Counted from the first letter of the stretch, positions 47,656-57,857 are shown. The stretch: 64,000 bases of DNA from a bacterium (GCA_021789915.1 JAJYIV010000002.1:613-64612); one strand, 5' to 3'. Notes: generated from the sequence alone by a model not told the origin. Numbers and translations: made by a program.

Positions 47656-48579
47656 ATGCGCATCATCCTTCTCGGCGCCGACGGGCGGCTCGGCACGGCG
47701 CTGCGGCGCGTGCTGCCGCAGTATGCGTGGATCGCGCCGACACGCGAGGCGCTCGACGTCCTCGACCGCGCGGCGGTCGACGCGTATCTTGCGGCGCATC
47801 CCGCGGACGTGCTCGTGAACGCGATCGCGGACAACCGCGTGGACGATGCGGAGACGGATCCGGCGCCGGCGCAGCGGCTCAACGCCGACCTTCCCGGCCT
47901 GCTCGCGGAAGCCGCGGCCGCGCACGACATGCCGTTCGTCCACTTCTCGACGGACTACGAGTTCGACGGGACGAAGCGCGACGGCTATGTCGAGAGTGAC
48001 GAACCGCATCCGCTCAGCGTCTACGGCCGCACGAAAGCGGAAGGGACGAAACGCGCGCTCGGAAAAAATCCGCGCGCGTACGTCGTCCGCCTCTCGCGTC
48101 TCTACGGCGAGCCTGGGACGTTCCCGGGCGCGAAGCGCAGCTTCGTGGAAATCATCCTGGACCAGGCCTCGCGCGAAGCGCGCTTCGAGGTGAACGACGC
48201 GGAAGTTTCCGCGCCGACGTGGGTGGATGACGTCGCGCGGCATTTGGACCAGTACATCCTGCAGCCCTCGTCCCTTCTACCCACTACCCACGACCCAAGA
48301 CCCCTTTCCCCCGGCCTCTACCACATGGCCAATCAAGGCGGCGCCACATGGTACGAGTGGGCCAAGGCGATCATCGAGCTGAAGGGGTTGCCCAACGAGA
48401 TCGTGCCGCGCGCGCCGACGGCGCGGCCGGCCAAGCGTCCGGCGTTTTCCGCGCTGCGCTCGACGAAGATTCCGCCCATGCGTCCGTGGCGCGAAGCGCT
48501 TGAGGAGTATCTTTGTTGTCATCCCGAGGGAGCACAGCGACCGAGGGATCCGCTAGATTCTTCGCTTTGCTCAGAATGA
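47656..48579 (+). CDS. rmlD: dTDP-4-dehydrorhamnose reductase
   Basis: MRIILLGADGRLG Rossmann start and the YGRTK catalytic motif. Confidence 0.75.
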   Translation: MRIILLGADGRLGTALRRVLPQYAWIAPTREALDVLDRAAVDAYLAAHPADVLVNAIADNRVDDAETDPAPAQRLNADLPGLLAEAAAAHDMPFVHFSTDYEFDGTKRDGYVESDEPHPLSVYGRTKAEGTKRALGKNPRAYVVRLSRLYGEPGTFPGAKRSFVEIILDQASREARFEVNDAEVSAPTWVDDVARHLDQYILQPSSLLPTTHDPRPLSPGLYHMANQGGATWYEWAKAIIELKGLPNEIVPRAPTARPAKRPAFSALRSTKIPPMRPWREALEEYLCCHPEGAQRPRDPLDSSLCSE

Positions 48580-48588
48580 CAAAGGATT

Positions 48589-49152
48589 ATGCCCATTCTT
48601 CCTCCCATCGAACTCGGCATCGCCGGCTGCCGGCTGGAACCCCAGCCGCTGTTCGGCGACGCGACCGGCGGCGTGCAGCACATTCTTTCCGGCGGCGAGA
48701 AAAACCCGCAATGGTTCGGCGGACCGATTCTCGACGTCTACGCCTGCTTCAGCACGCCCGGTACGTCGCGCGGCGGGCATTATCATCCCGTCCTAAACGA
48801 GCTGTTTGAAACGGTGTCCGGCACGTCGTTGTGGATCGTTTCCGATTTCCGAGACGATTCCCCGACCAAGGGGAAGACCGCCGCGTGCATCATAGGATGG
48901 AAGAAGCCGGCGGACGCGCACGGGCTTCCCTGCCACACGTTCGAAGGCGAAGGATCGCTCGCGCGCCTGCGCATCCCCGCCGGCGTGTATCACGCCGTCT
49001 TCGCGCTCGGCACCGGGCCTTCCTTGTCCGTGGCGCTCGGCACCACCGGCTTTGACGCGAACGATTACCGCTACCCCGCTCCCGAGGACGTCCCCGGCAT
49101 GAAAGAAATCCTGGACCGTTTCGGCCTGAAGATGCCGGCGAAGAAAACATAA
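48589..49152 (+). CDS. RmlC-like cupin sugar epimerase
   Basis: 187 aa cupin fold adjacent to rmlD. Confidence 0.5.
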   Translation: MPILPPIELGIAGCRLEPQPLFGDATGGVQHILSGGEKNPQWFGGPILDVYACFSTPGTSRGGHYHPVLNELFETVSGTSLWIVSDFRDDSPTKGKTAACIIGWKKPADAHGLPCHTFEGEGSLARLRIPAGVYHAVFALGTGPSLSVALGTTGFDANDYRYPAPEDVPGMKEILDRFGLKMPAKKT

Positions 49153-49198
49153 AAACCGCGTCTCTGACGATTGAGACGCGGGGAGGTTCATCGACGAG

Positions 49199-50092
49199 TC
49201 AGCCGGCGATTTTTTCGTCCGCGGACCGAACCTCGAGACGCTGCACCTCGAACAGTTCCGCTGTACGGGGACAGCGCTTCCACAGATCACTGATCAATGC
49301 GCACACATCCTCACCCTCACGGAAGAGGAGGTACGGCGGAGCGCCGTAGCGCCAGCGGCAGGCGATGATACCCGTCGTATGCCCGTGAACCGGCTGATGA
49401 CGCCGCCAACTCGTGTAACAGTAACTGTCCCAGTGTGCCTTCCGTCCATCATGCTCCGAGAGCTGTTCGACCGTCTTCTCCGGATCGCCGTCGTCGGCGC
49501 CCTGTTCCGGCAGATCGACGGCTTCGACATGCAGTTCCTCCGACGTCGGGTGCTCCACGGGCGGCGGGACGTTCAGGCTGCACACCGCGAACAGCTTGGC
49601 CGTGCGGGGGCAAAGCCTCCACAGCTTTTCGTACACTTCGTCGGGACTTTCGCCGAAAAGGAGAAACGGCGGGGCCCCGTAACGCCACCGACAGGCGAAC
49701 CATCCTTCCGCGTGTCCGTTGATCGGCCGTTGATCTCGCCACGACGCGTACTCCCTGCTGAGGTAAAGCACGCGCGTGCCGTCCTCCAAGAGCTGCTCGG
49801 TCGTCCTCTGCGGATCGCCCCTGTCGCCGCCCATGTCTGGAAGATCGACGGCTTCGACATCCATGGCATGAGCATCGTTCACGTTCACCGGCAGGCTTAC
49901 CTCGTCGCACTCGAGCCTTTCGCCCGTTCTGTGCGCCGTAAGGAAGACGCGCCAGCGCAGAACATCGACGGCGCTGTCGAGGTTTCCTTCCCTTCGCCAC
50001 ACCTCCATCATGGCCGTAACGAGGCTCTTGGTGAACCTCTTCTCGAAGAAGAGCGCCCAGAAAATCCTGACCTTCCAAAAGAACGCTCGCAT
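49199..50092 (-). CDS. Hypothetical protein with internal tandem duplication (two about 130-aa domains)
   Basis: Both repeats contain EAVDLP..G.D.GDP...EQL...W...SWR...P..GH..G..ACRWRYGAPP.LLF...RCPRTA.LF. Confidence 0.5.
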   Translation of the reverse strand: MRAFFWKVRIFWALFFEKRFTKSLVTAMMEVWRREGNLDSAVDVLRWRVFLTAHRTGERLECDEVSLPVNVNDAHAMDVEAVDLPDMGGDRGDPQRTTEQLLEDGTRVLYLSREYASWRDQRPINGHAEGWFACRWRYGAPPFLLFGESPDEVYEKLWRLCPRTAKLFAVCSLNVPPPVEHPTSEELHVEAVDLPEQGADDGDPEKTVEQLSEHDGRKAHWDSYCYTSWRRHQPVHGHTTGIIACRWRYGAPPYLLFREGEDVCALISDLWKRCPRTAELFEVQRLEVRSADEKIAG

Positions 50093-50235
50093 GACGGCCT
50101 CCAGACCGCCGGATGGCGGTCGAATCCTTCGGCTGTCGGACGACGCGCCGACCGCCTGGCCATACCGTAGAAAAAGGCGGCGGCCCTGTCAATCCGCGTC
50201 GCTTCGGTGTCGCTTCGGCCTGCCGCTGCCGGTGT

Positions 50236-51348
50236 TCACCACCTTACGATCGCCAGCACCAGCGCCTTGAAGGCCGCCAGCAGCGGATCGACCAGCGCGC
50301 GCTTCCAGGCGGGCGACACTTGCGCGGATTCCACCGTCGACGCCATCAGGCGCAGGAGATCGCGGTCAGGCACGGTGCGGATCTGCGCGGCCAGCGCCCG
50401 ACGCTCGGCGATCCACGCCCACGTACTCGGCTTCCAAAAGAACGCCCACGCCCGCAGTTTCTTGCCCGCCCAGCCGGAACGCAGCGCGAAGAGAAACGTC
50501 ACGGCGTCCGCCGCGAGCATCGGCAGCAGCAGCACGGCGAGCGTCTTCGCCTTGAGATTGGACAGCGCGCACACCCAGCGGTTGCGCTCCATCCAATAGA
50601 ACTTCTTCATGCTGCGGTTGAACTCGTAGTGATGGGACACGACCGACCGGTCCGCATAGCCGATGCCGAGCCCCGCAAGCCGCGCGCGCCACGAGAGGTC
50701 CGTGTCCTCGTGGTACATGTAGTAGCGCGCGTCGAAAATCCCGCCGATCTTTTCGAGCGCGGACATCCGCACCAGCACCGCGGCGCCGGACGCGTAGAAT
50801 ACGGGCGCCTGCCTGCCGGCAGGCAGGTCTTTGATCTTCGCCGCCGCCTCGGGCGTCAGGTTTTCGCCAAGCGCATAGCCGTAGCCCAGGATCTGCAGCG
50901 CGTTGCCGATCGAGTTGAGCTTCTCCGGATCCTGCAGCAGCATGAGACGCGACTGGATGACGGCGTCCTGGGGATGCATTTCCGCGTACGCGACAGCCTC
51001 GCGCAGAAACCCAGGATCCACCGCCGTATCCTGGTTGAGCAGATAGACGTACTCGGCGCCCCAGGCACGCGCGTGCTCCACGCCGACGACGTTCGCGCCG
51101 GCGTAGCCGAGGTCGCGCACGTTCGGATGCAGCTCCATCTCCGGCAACGTCTTCCCTGCTTTGGGCAGCCAGTCGCTCGTGAGGAATGGGATGGACGCCC
51201 CGTGCGGCGACGGATTCTCCACGTCGATGATGCGCCAACATTCCTTTGGGTAATCGACATGCTCGAGCGACGCCAAACATCGCCCGATTTCCTCCGGCGA
51301 GCTCGGCGTGTAGTACGAAAGGTAGATGACGGCGACCTTGGGAGGCAT
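50236..51348 (-). CDS. Glycosyltransferase family 2
   Basis: Start MPPKVAVIYLSYYTP; GT2 DxD region (YLLNQDTAVDPGF). Confidence 0.7.
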   Translation of the reverse strand: MPPKVAVIYLSYYTPSSPEEIGRCLASLEHVDYPKECWRIIDVENPSPHGASIPFLTSDWLPKAGKTLPEMELHPNVRDLGYAGANVVGVEHARAWGAEYVYLLNQDTAVDPGFLREAVAYAEMHPQDAVIQSRLMLLQDPEKLNSIGNALQILGYGYALGENLTPEAAAKIKDLPAGRQAPVFYASGAAVLVRMSALEKIGGIFDARYYMYHEDTDLSWRARLAGLGIGYADRSVVSHHYEFNRSMKKFYWMERNRWVCALSNLKAKTLAVLLLPMLAADAVTFLFALRSGWAGKKLRAWAFFWKPSTWAWIAERRALAAQIRTVPDRDLLRLMASTVESAQVSPAWKRALVDPLLAAFKALVLAIVRW

Positions 51349-51349
51349 A

Positions 51350-53398
51350 TCACCGCACGCGCGTCCGGAACAGCTCGTCCGGCCACTTGGCGAAATACTT
51401 GAGGAAGCTGATCGAGTGCGCGCGGGCCATCCGGTTGACGAGCAGCGTGCGCAGCAGGCTGCCCTGGCGCACCGATCCCTTGCCGTAGGCATGCTGCAGC
51501 GCCGCATCGGCCACATAGTACACCGGCCGGTGCATCGCCCACGAGCGGCGGCACAGATCCACGTCCTCGAAGTACATCCAGAAGCGCTCGTCGAAGCCGC
51601 CCAGCGCGCGCCAGTGCTCCATCGGCAGGAACAGCGCGGAGCCCTGCGCCCAATCCACCATGCGCGTTTCGCCTGGCGGCGTGTCGCGCATCAGGAAACG
51701 ATGGAGGTAGCGGCGGCCGAAGGCCGTGCCGCCGAGCGTCGTGCGCTGGACGAGCGGCAGCGGCCACGACGGGAAGCGGCGCACGGTTTCCTGCGCCTGT
51801 CCGTCGGGATAGACGATCTTGGGCGCGGCGATGCCGGCGCGCGGATGCGCGCGCATGAACGCGACGAGCTTGGCGAAGAGCCGATCGTCGACGAGTTCCG
51901 TATCCGGGTTCAGCACGAAGAGGAACTCGGCGTCGAGCTCGGCGGCGCCGCGGTTCACGGAGCTGCCGTAGCCGGCGTCCCAGTTGCGCTGGACGACCAC
52001 GCCGTCGGGAATCGCGTCCCACAGCACGGCCGCGGCATCGTACGCCGTCGACGCGTTGTCCACGACGACGACGCCGACGCGCAGGCCGGACGCCTTGCGC
52101 GCGCGATCGAGCGAACGCAGACACGCGGCGCTCAAATCGTCGTGCGAGACGATGACGACGGCGATGTCGAGGTAAGTAGCTGGCGGCTGGGGGCTGGCGG
52201 CTGGGGGAGAAAACGGGAGCGGGGCCTGCGCGCGCGCCGCGTCCGCGGGCGACGGCACGGCGCGAACCGCGCCGAACCGCGCGGCGTACGCGCGCCGCTT
52301 CGTGATCAGCTCATGCCGATGCTCCCACGTTTCCCGCCACGCCTCGGTGCACACGCGCGGCCGCATGACGAGCCAATATGCCGCCTTCGCCGCCTCATAC
52401 GGAAGCACGGCCCATGCGCGCGCCGGCGCCGAACGGAACTCCCCCTGGCTCCCTCTTGAAAAGAGGGGGAAGTGCATCGCCAGCGTCCAAAGATGGTTGC
52501 GGTACGAGTGGAACACCGGCCGCCAGGTTTGCGCGGTGCGGCCGATTCCCCCCCTGCCTGCCTCGCATACCCCCCGCCTGCCAAAATGCGGCCAGCAGGC
52601 AGCCCCCCTTGGCAGGGGGGCAATCCTGGCCGTGCCGAAGCTGCGGCGATGGTACGCGACGGCGTCGGACACGACGCCGGAGGCGAAGCCCGCGCGGCGC
52701 AATCTCCACGCAAGCTCGACGTCTTCCTTGTACGAGACGAACGACGGGTCAAACAAATTCCCGTCCAACGACGCCGCCTCTACCGCCGCACGGCGATACA
52801 TCGGCAGGCAGCCCGACACCCCGAACGCCTCGTGCACGCCCTCATGCAGCTGCGCCGTCGAAACACGCTCCCCTGCTCCGATGTCGCGCACGGCGCCCGT
52901 TGCCGACATCGCCAAGCCGAAACTGTCGATCACGTCCGTGCGCCCGCCGGACCCCTCTGCCCAGCTGAGCTGGGCCGTCCCCCCTTGGCAGGGGGGGACG
53001 ACACACGCCGCCCGATCGAAATCCCATCGATACACGCGCCCGGCGACGGACCCGAGCCGCGCGTCCGCGTCCAGCGCGGCGACGAGCCGCTCGAGATACG
53101 CCGGTTCCAGGATCGCATCGTCGTTGTGCAGCATCACGTACGCCGCCTGATGCTTGGAGAACAGCAGGTTATGCGCGCCGGCAAAGTCGACGTTGCGCGG
53201 CCCGACGTCCACGTACACGGCGCGGTCGCCGAGTTCCCGCGCGAACGCGCGCACCGCCTCGGCCTGCACGGGATCCGACGCATTGTCCGTCACGTACAGC
53301 GTCCAATCGCGGAACGTCTGCGCGCGCAGGGACGCCAAAATATGCGGCAGGTACCGCGCGCCGTCGTAGCAGGAAAGTTGGATGGCGAGTTTGGACAT
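51350..53398 (-). CDS. Tandem double-domain glycosyltransferase family 2, with in-frame family-P repeat insertions
   Basis: Two GT2 modules (LYVTDNASD...; VVVVDNASTAYD...); repeat-derived peptides VPPCQGGT and PLPRGAACWP. Confidence 0.7.
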   Translation of the reverse strand: MSKLAIQLSCYDGARYLPHILASLRAQTFRDWTLYVTDNASDPVQAEAVRAFARELGDRAVYVDVGPRNVDFAGAHNLLFSKHQAAYVMLHNDDAILEPAYLERLVAALDADARLGSVAGRVYRWDFDRAACVVPPCQGGTAQLSWAEGSGGRTDVIDSFGLAMSATGAVRDIGAGERVSTAQLHEGVHEAFGVSGCLPMYRRAAVEAASLDGNLFDPSFVSYKEDVELAWRLRRAGFASGVVSDAVAYHRRSFGTARIAPLPRGAACWPHFGRRGVCEAGRGGIGRTAQTWRPVFHSYRNHLWTLAMHFPLFSRGSQGEFRSAPARAWAVLPYEAAKAAYWLVMRPRVCTEAWRETWEHRHELITKRRAYAARFGAVRAVPSPADAARAQAPLPFSPPAASPQPPATYLDIAVVIVSHDDLSAACLRSLDRARKASGLRVGVVVVDNASTAYDAAAVLWDAIPDGVVVQRNWDAGYGSSVNRGAAELDAEFLFVLNPDTELVDDRLFAKLVAFMRAHPRAGIAAPKIVYPDGQAQETVRRFPSWPLPLVQRTTLGGTAFGRRYLHRFLMRDTPPGETRMVDWAQGSALFLPMEHWRALGGFDERFWMYFEDVDLCRRSWAMHRPVYYVADAALQHAYGKGSVRQGSLLRTLLVNRMARAHSISFLKYFAKWPDELFRTRVR
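52544..52625. repeat. GC-rich palindromic repeat (family P, reverse orientation) in-frame inside the tandem GT2 gene
   Basis: rc reads GCCCCCCTGCCAAGGGGGGGCTGCCTGCTGGCCGCATTTTGGCAGGCGGGGGGTATGCGAGG. Confidence 0.75.
52977..53000. repeat. Partial family-P hairpin (CCCCCCTTGGCAGGGGGGG) inside the tandem GT2 gene
   Basis: seen directly. Confidence 0.55.
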
Positions 53399-53404
53399 AG
53401 ATCG

Positions 53405-53535
53405 CTGGCAACCCCTCCGCCTGCCGATGGTCGGCCAGCAGGCAGCCTCCCCTTGGGGGGGCGCGTTTTTCCGCGTCCCCTCTTTTCCAAGAGCCTGTCC
53501 TGAGCGAGCGGAGCGAGTCGAAGGAAGGGGTCAAG
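53405..53535. repeat. Composite repeat (family P core plus the GCCTGTCCTGAGCGA..GTCGAAGGA.GGG module) filling the intergenic space
   Basis: seen directly. Confidence 0.65.
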
Positions 53536-53551
53536 GGGTGGTTGCCGCATT

Positions 53552-54418
53552 TTACGCTCTCGCCTTTCCCTTCAGGCCGAGCTCGTCCACGACGCAGGCG
53601 CCCAAGATCATCGGCCATCGCAGCGCGGCGAAGACGGCCGCCTGCCACCACGGATGCCACTTCGCAAAGTAGTGGACCATGCTGGCGGTGAAGATCGCCT
53701 GGGTTTCCGCGCGCGGCATCTTGGACGTGCCGCGGCCGACCAAGTCGTGGCAGGACACGTCCGCCAGATAACGGACGCGCAGCCCCGCTTCCTTCGCGCG
53801 CCGGCAATAGTCCACTTCCTCGAACCAAATGAAGTAGCCTTGGTCGAGATAGCCGACGCGGTTCAGCATCTCGCGCCGGAAGGCGAAGAACGAGCCGCGC
53901 ACCGCGTCGACGTCCTGCGATTTCGCGTAGTCGAAATCCGCCGGGATGTAGCGATCCAGCGCGTGCGGAAACAGATGCGGGATCTTGAGCAGCGTGACGA
54001 GCTGGTCGGCGAAGCCGGGAAAACGGCGGACCGACTTCAGCGGCTTGCCTTCCGCGTCGTTGAGCCGCACGCCGAGCACGCCGATGTCGCGCGCGGCCGT
54101 CAGCGTCTCGTACGCCGCATCCACGGCGCCGTCGCCCACGATCATGTCGGGGTTCAGCAGGATGACGACCTCGCCTTGAGCCAACCGCAACGCCTGGTTG
54201 TTCGCGTGCGAAAATCCGCTCCCCCAATCGTTTTGGACGTACTTTACCTGCGGAAATTCCTCGCGCACCATCTTCCCCGTCCCGTCGGCGGACGCGTTGT
54301 CCACCACGAAAACCTCAAAGGAATGCCGCGGCGGGTGCGCAAACAACCGGGCCAGGTTTTCGCGCAAATGCTCCCGGACGTTCCAGCTCACGATGACGAT
54401 CGAAATGTCCTTGACCAC
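53552..54418 (-). CDS. Glycosyltransferase family 2
   Basis: SIVIVSWNVREHL...VVDNASADGT GT2 signature. Confidence 0.75.
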   Translation of the reverse strand: MVKDISIVIVSWNVREHLRENLARLFAHPPRHSFEVFVVDNASADGTGKMVREEFPQVKYVQNDWGSGFSHANNQALRLAQGEVVILLNPDMIVGDGAVDAAYETLTAARDIGVLGVRLNDAEGKPLKSVRRFPGFADQLVTLLKIPHLFPHALDRYIPADFDYAKSQDVDAVRGSFFAFRREMLNRVGYLDQGYFIWFEEVDYCRRAKEAGLRVRYLADVSCHDLVGRGTSKMPRAETQAIFTASMVHYFAKWHPWWQAAVFAALRWPMILGACVVDELGLKGKARA

Positions 54419-54463
54419 AAAGGTGTTTGGCGTCTAGGATAAGCCTGTTATCGTCCGAATCCT

Positions 54464-55273
54464 ATGGAAACAGCCGCCGTCCGTCAACCCGTGCCCGTCG
54501 TCATTTTCTGCGGCGGCAAAGGCTCGCGCCTGAAGGAAGAAACCGATTTCCGCCCGAAGCCGATGGTCACGATCGGCGGCCGGCCCGTCCTCTGGCACAT
54601 CATGAAGGGCTTCGCCCGCCACGGGCACAACCGGTTCATCCTGGCGCTCGGGTACAAGGGCCAGATGATCAAGGAATATTTCCTGAACCACCGGCTGCTG
54701 GCGTCGGATTTTCACCTGGAAACCGGCAACGGCTTCGTGACGCTGCCGCACGGGTCGGCGCGGGATGATTTCCAGATCACCTTCGCCGACACCGGCGAGG
54801 AGACGCTGACCGGCGAGCGCCTGCTCAAGGTGATGAAATACATCCCGGGCGACCGCTTCATGGCGACGTACGGCGACGGCGTGACGGACTTGGACATCAA
54901 TGTCCTGCTCGCGCACCACGAGGCGCAGCGCACGACATACGGCACCGTCGGCATCGTCACGGGCGTGCATCCGCGCTCCAAGTACGGCCTGGTGCAGACG
55001 GACGAGCGCGGCGTCATCCGCGAGTTCCGCCAATATCCGGTGATGAAGGAATACACCAACGGCGGCTTCATGGTGTTCGAGAAGGCGGGCATCCTGCCGT
55101 ACCTCAAGGAGGGCGAGATGGTCGAGGACGCGCTGATGCGCATGGCGGCGGACGGCAAGCTCGCCCTGTACAACCATGACGGCTATTGGCACTGCATGGA
55201 CACGTACCAGGACATGAAGGAGCTCAACGCGCAGTGGGAAAGCGGGCCGAAGTGGAAAACGTGGACGGAGTAA
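54464..55273 (+). CDS. rfbF: Glucose-1-phosphate cytidylyltransferase
   Basis: VVIFCGGKGSRLKEETDFRPKPMVTIGGRPVLWHIMK matches the RfbF N-terminus. Confidence 0.8.
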   Translation: METAAVRQPVPVVIFCGGKGSRLKEETDFRPKPMVTIGGRPVLWHIMKGFARHGHNRFILALGYKGQMIKEYFLNHRLLASDFHLETGNGFVTLPHGSARDDFQITFADTGEETLTGERLLKVMKYIPGDRFMATYGDGVTDLDINVLLAHHEAQRTTYGTVGIVTGVHPRSKYGLVQTDERGVIREFRQYPVMKEYTNGGFMVFEKAGILPYLKEGEMVEDALMRMAADGKLALYNHDGYWHCMDTYQDMKELNAQWESGPKWKTWTE

Positions 55274-55319
55274 AACAACACCGCCTCTCTTCCGTGTCAC
55301 AGGGAGAGGCGGTGTTTTG

Positions 55320-55757
55320 TCATTCCAGCGGCCAGGTTTCCAGCGGCAGGTTCACGCTTTCGTCCGGCTCCCAGGCGACGGTCGCCCCGTTGCAGACGAT
55401 CGCGGCGCCTTCGCCGGCGCAGCGCCACGCATAGGCCACGCCCGGCGGGATCGTCAGCAGGAAGGACTTCCCTTCCGCCGGCGCCAGCTCGTACGTCTCC
55501 GCCGCGCCCCTGGCCGGCGAACCGTCGCGCTCGTCGCGGATCCAGAAGCGCATCGCGCCGGAGACGACCGCCATGTTGGACGTGGAACGGGCGTGCCGTT
55601 TCCATCCTTTCGTCACGCCCGGGTTCACGGTCGAAAAATACACCTCGCCGAAGCGCGTGAACGGCGCGCGCCCCTCGCGCAGGAAATGCATCACGCTTCC
55701 CCGCTCGTCGCGGACGATCTTGAGGGGCGTCAGCAGGACGCCGGGAATGGAGGACAT
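55320..55757 (-). CDS. RmlC-like cupin (sugar 3,5-epimerase/ketoisomerase family)
   Basis: MSSIPGVLLTPLKIVRDERGSVMHFLR resembles the RmlC start IPGVL...DERG. Confidence 0.55.
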   Translation of the reverse strand: MSSIPGVLLTPLKIVRDERGSVMHFLREGRAPFTRFGEVYFSTVNPGVTKGWKRHARSTSNMAVVSGAMRFWIRDERDGSPARGAAETYELAPAEGKSFLLTIPPGVAYAWRCAGEGAAIVCNGATVAWEPDESVNLPLETWPLE

Positions 55758-55765
55758 AGAAGTTC

Positions 55766-55836
55766 GCCGTTAGCCGTTAGCCGTTAGGAAAAAGGACGCG
55801 CAGCCCCCCAAAGCCAAAGGCTAATGGCTAATGGCT
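55766..55836. repeat. Inverted heptamer arrays (GTTAGCC x3 ... GGCTAAT x2) between co-directional genes
   Basis: seen directly. Confidence 0.6.
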
Positions 55837-55840
55837 TTTT

Positions 55841-56854
55841 CTACGACATCAGCGCGTCCGGGCTCGCGACCGCCGCGTGGTCCTGCGCGCGGAAATAATT
55901 CTTGTACCACTCGACCGTCTCGGCCAATCCTTCCTCCAGCGTATACGACGGCTTCCAACCGAGCAGCCGGCCGGCCTTCTCGCTGGAGAGCGTCTGGTCG
56001 TGGATTTCCGCCTTGGCCTGGTTCAGGATGACGGGCTGCAAGTCCGAACGGCCGACGGCGCGCAGGACGGCGCCGACGATCTCCGTCACCTTCATCCCGT
56101 TGCCCGTGGACAAATTGAACGCCTGGCCGGCGATTTCCGGACGATCCATGTTCTCGGCGATCGTGAGATAGCCGAGCGCCGCGTCGCGCATGAAGAAATA
56201 GTCGCGCACGAAGGTGCCGTCGGAACGAATGACCGGCGCCTCGCCGGCGAGCGCGTGCTTGATCGTCTCGGGCACCACGCGGCTGAAATTCAGGTCGCCA
56301 GGGCCGTAAAGATTGCCGCAGCGCGTGACGCACACGGGCAGCTTGTAAGTTTTGACGTACGCCTGCGCCAACAGATCGGCGCAGGACTTGGAGACGTCGT
56401 ACGGATGCCGCCCCTGCAGCGGCGCGTCCTCCGTGTACGGCAGCACCGGCTGGTCGCCGTAGGCCTTGTCGGAGGAAGCGACGAGCACGCGCTTCACCGT
56501 CGGCGCCAGGCGCGCGGCTTCCAGTACGTGGGCCGTGCCCAGGATGTTCGTGCGCAGCGTCGGCAGCGGCGCGCGGTTGGCGATCGGGGCGATGGCCTGC
56601 GCGCCCACGTGGAAGACCGTCTCGATCTCGTAGTCCGCGAGCGTGCGCAGGACGAGATCGAAATCCTCGAAGTCGCCGCGCACGACGGCGACCTCGCCGT
56701 GCGCGCCCGTCTCGAACAGGCGGCTGGTCGGGACGTGGTCGCGCTGCAGCACGACGACGGCGGCGCCGCACTCGACGAGGAACTCCGTGATGGTGGAGCC
56801 CAGCAGCCCGAAGGCGCCGGTCACGAACGCGCGCCGGCCGTTCCAGAACGCCAT
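55841..56854 (-). CDS. rfbG: CDP-glucose 4,6-dehydratase
   Basis: Start MAFWNGRRAFVTGAFGLLG (GxxGxxG) and the YDVSK catalytic YxxxK motif. Confidence 0.8.
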   Translation of the reverse strand: MAFWNGRRAFVTGAFGLLGSTITEFLVECGAAVVVLQRDHVPTSRLFETGAHGEVAVVRGDFEDFDLVLRTLADYEIETVFHVGAQAIAPIANRAPLPTLRTNILGTAHVLEAARLAPTVKRVLVASSDKAYGDQPVLPYTEDAPLQGRHPYDVSKSCADLLAQAYVKTYKLPVCVTRCGNLYGPGDLNFSRVVPETIKHALAGEAPVIRSDGTFVRDYFFMRDAALGYLTIAENMDRPEIAGQAFNLSTGNGMKVTEIVGAVLRAVGRSDLQPVILNQAKAEIHDQTLSSEKAGRLLGWKPSYTLEEGLAETVEWYKNYFRAQDHAAVASPDALMS

Positions 56855-56971
56855 CCGCTCCTTGGTTTTGAACGCGGGTTTCATGGGCATAGGAAGAAAG
56901 GAGAGTCCAACCTTAAACCAGCGGGCCGGCATCCGTCAAAAAAACGCCGCCCATCCAGAGGGAACGAGCGG

Positions 56972-57382
56972 CTAGGGATCGAAGAGCACCAGGCGCACGG
57001 CAAACTCCCACCGCTTCGGCGCTGGATCCGCGCCGGATTCCGGCGGCGGCGCGGGCGGCGTGGCATCGGCGAGCTTGAGGCGGCCGTACAGGACGGCGGC
57101 GGCGAGCCGCACGGCCGCGTCGCCGACGAGCCAGGCGAGATGGAACTCCTGGTGCGCGTCGAACGTCACGCCGGGCGGAAAGACGAAGTCGGTGTTTTCC
57201 CTCAGCACGTGGTCGAGCGCCACGTCATTGCCGCCCCCGTCCACGCGTTTCTGGACCTGCGCGTCCAGCCGCGCAAGAAAGGAGCTGAGAACGGCGAAGC
57301 GATGCCGCGCGTTTTCGATGCGTTCCTTGGCCGTGCTCCCGTACGGCGTCCCCGGGACGGGCGTGCCTTTCGTCGCGATCAT
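56972..57382 (-). CDS. Hypothetical protein (136 aa), paralog of 57474..57857
   Basis: SD GGAAGGAGGAAG upstream of ATG. Confidence 0.45.
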   Translation of the reverse strand: MIATKGTPVPGTPYGSTAKERIENARHRFAVLSSFLARLDAQVQKRVDGGGNDVALDHVLRENTDFVFPPGVTFDAHQEFHLAWLVGDAAVRLAAAVLYGRLKLADATPPAPPPESGADPAPKRWEFAVRLVLFDP

Positions 57383-57473
57383 GTCTTCCTCCTTCCGGAT
57401 CGTCTGGAAACCGGCGGACGGCATCGTGCCGCAGACGTAAAAAGACGTCAAGAAAAAACCGCCCGAAGGACGG

Positions 57474-57857
57474 TCAAGGCTCCTGGTAGAAGACGATGCG
57501 GACGGTGAAACAGCGTCCGATCGGCGTCGCTCCTTCGTCGACGAACTCCACGGCCCCGAAGAGCTGCGCCGCCGCGAGCCGAATGCGGGCAGCGGCGTCG
57601 AAGATCCACGACGGGTCGAACGCATCCTCGTCGTCGATCAGCGTCCCGTCCGGGAATCGGAAATCGACGGTCTCGATGAGGCGGAACACGTCGGCATGCG
57701 CGCGGCCTTCCTGTTGGGCGCTCTCGACGGCCCGACCAAACGTCTGGGCCGCATGGAGAGCCGTCAAGCGGCGGCGGCGCGCCTCGGCTTTGCGCTCGTC
57801 GAGCGTGGCGTCGCGCGGCAGGTCTCTCCCTCCCGGCAGAACGTGCGTGGCGATCAT
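57474..57857 (-). CDS. Hypothetical protein (127 aa), paralog of 56972..57382
   Basis: Shared F.FP.G....D..F...W...DAA.R.AAA.L.G motif. Confidence 0.4.
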   Translation of the reverse strand: MIATHVLPGGRDLPRDATLDERKAEARRRRLTALHAAQTFGRAVESAQQEGRAHADVFRLIETVDFRFPDGTLIDDEDAFDPSWIFDAAARIRLAAAQLFGAVEFVDEGATPIGRCFTVRIVFYQEP

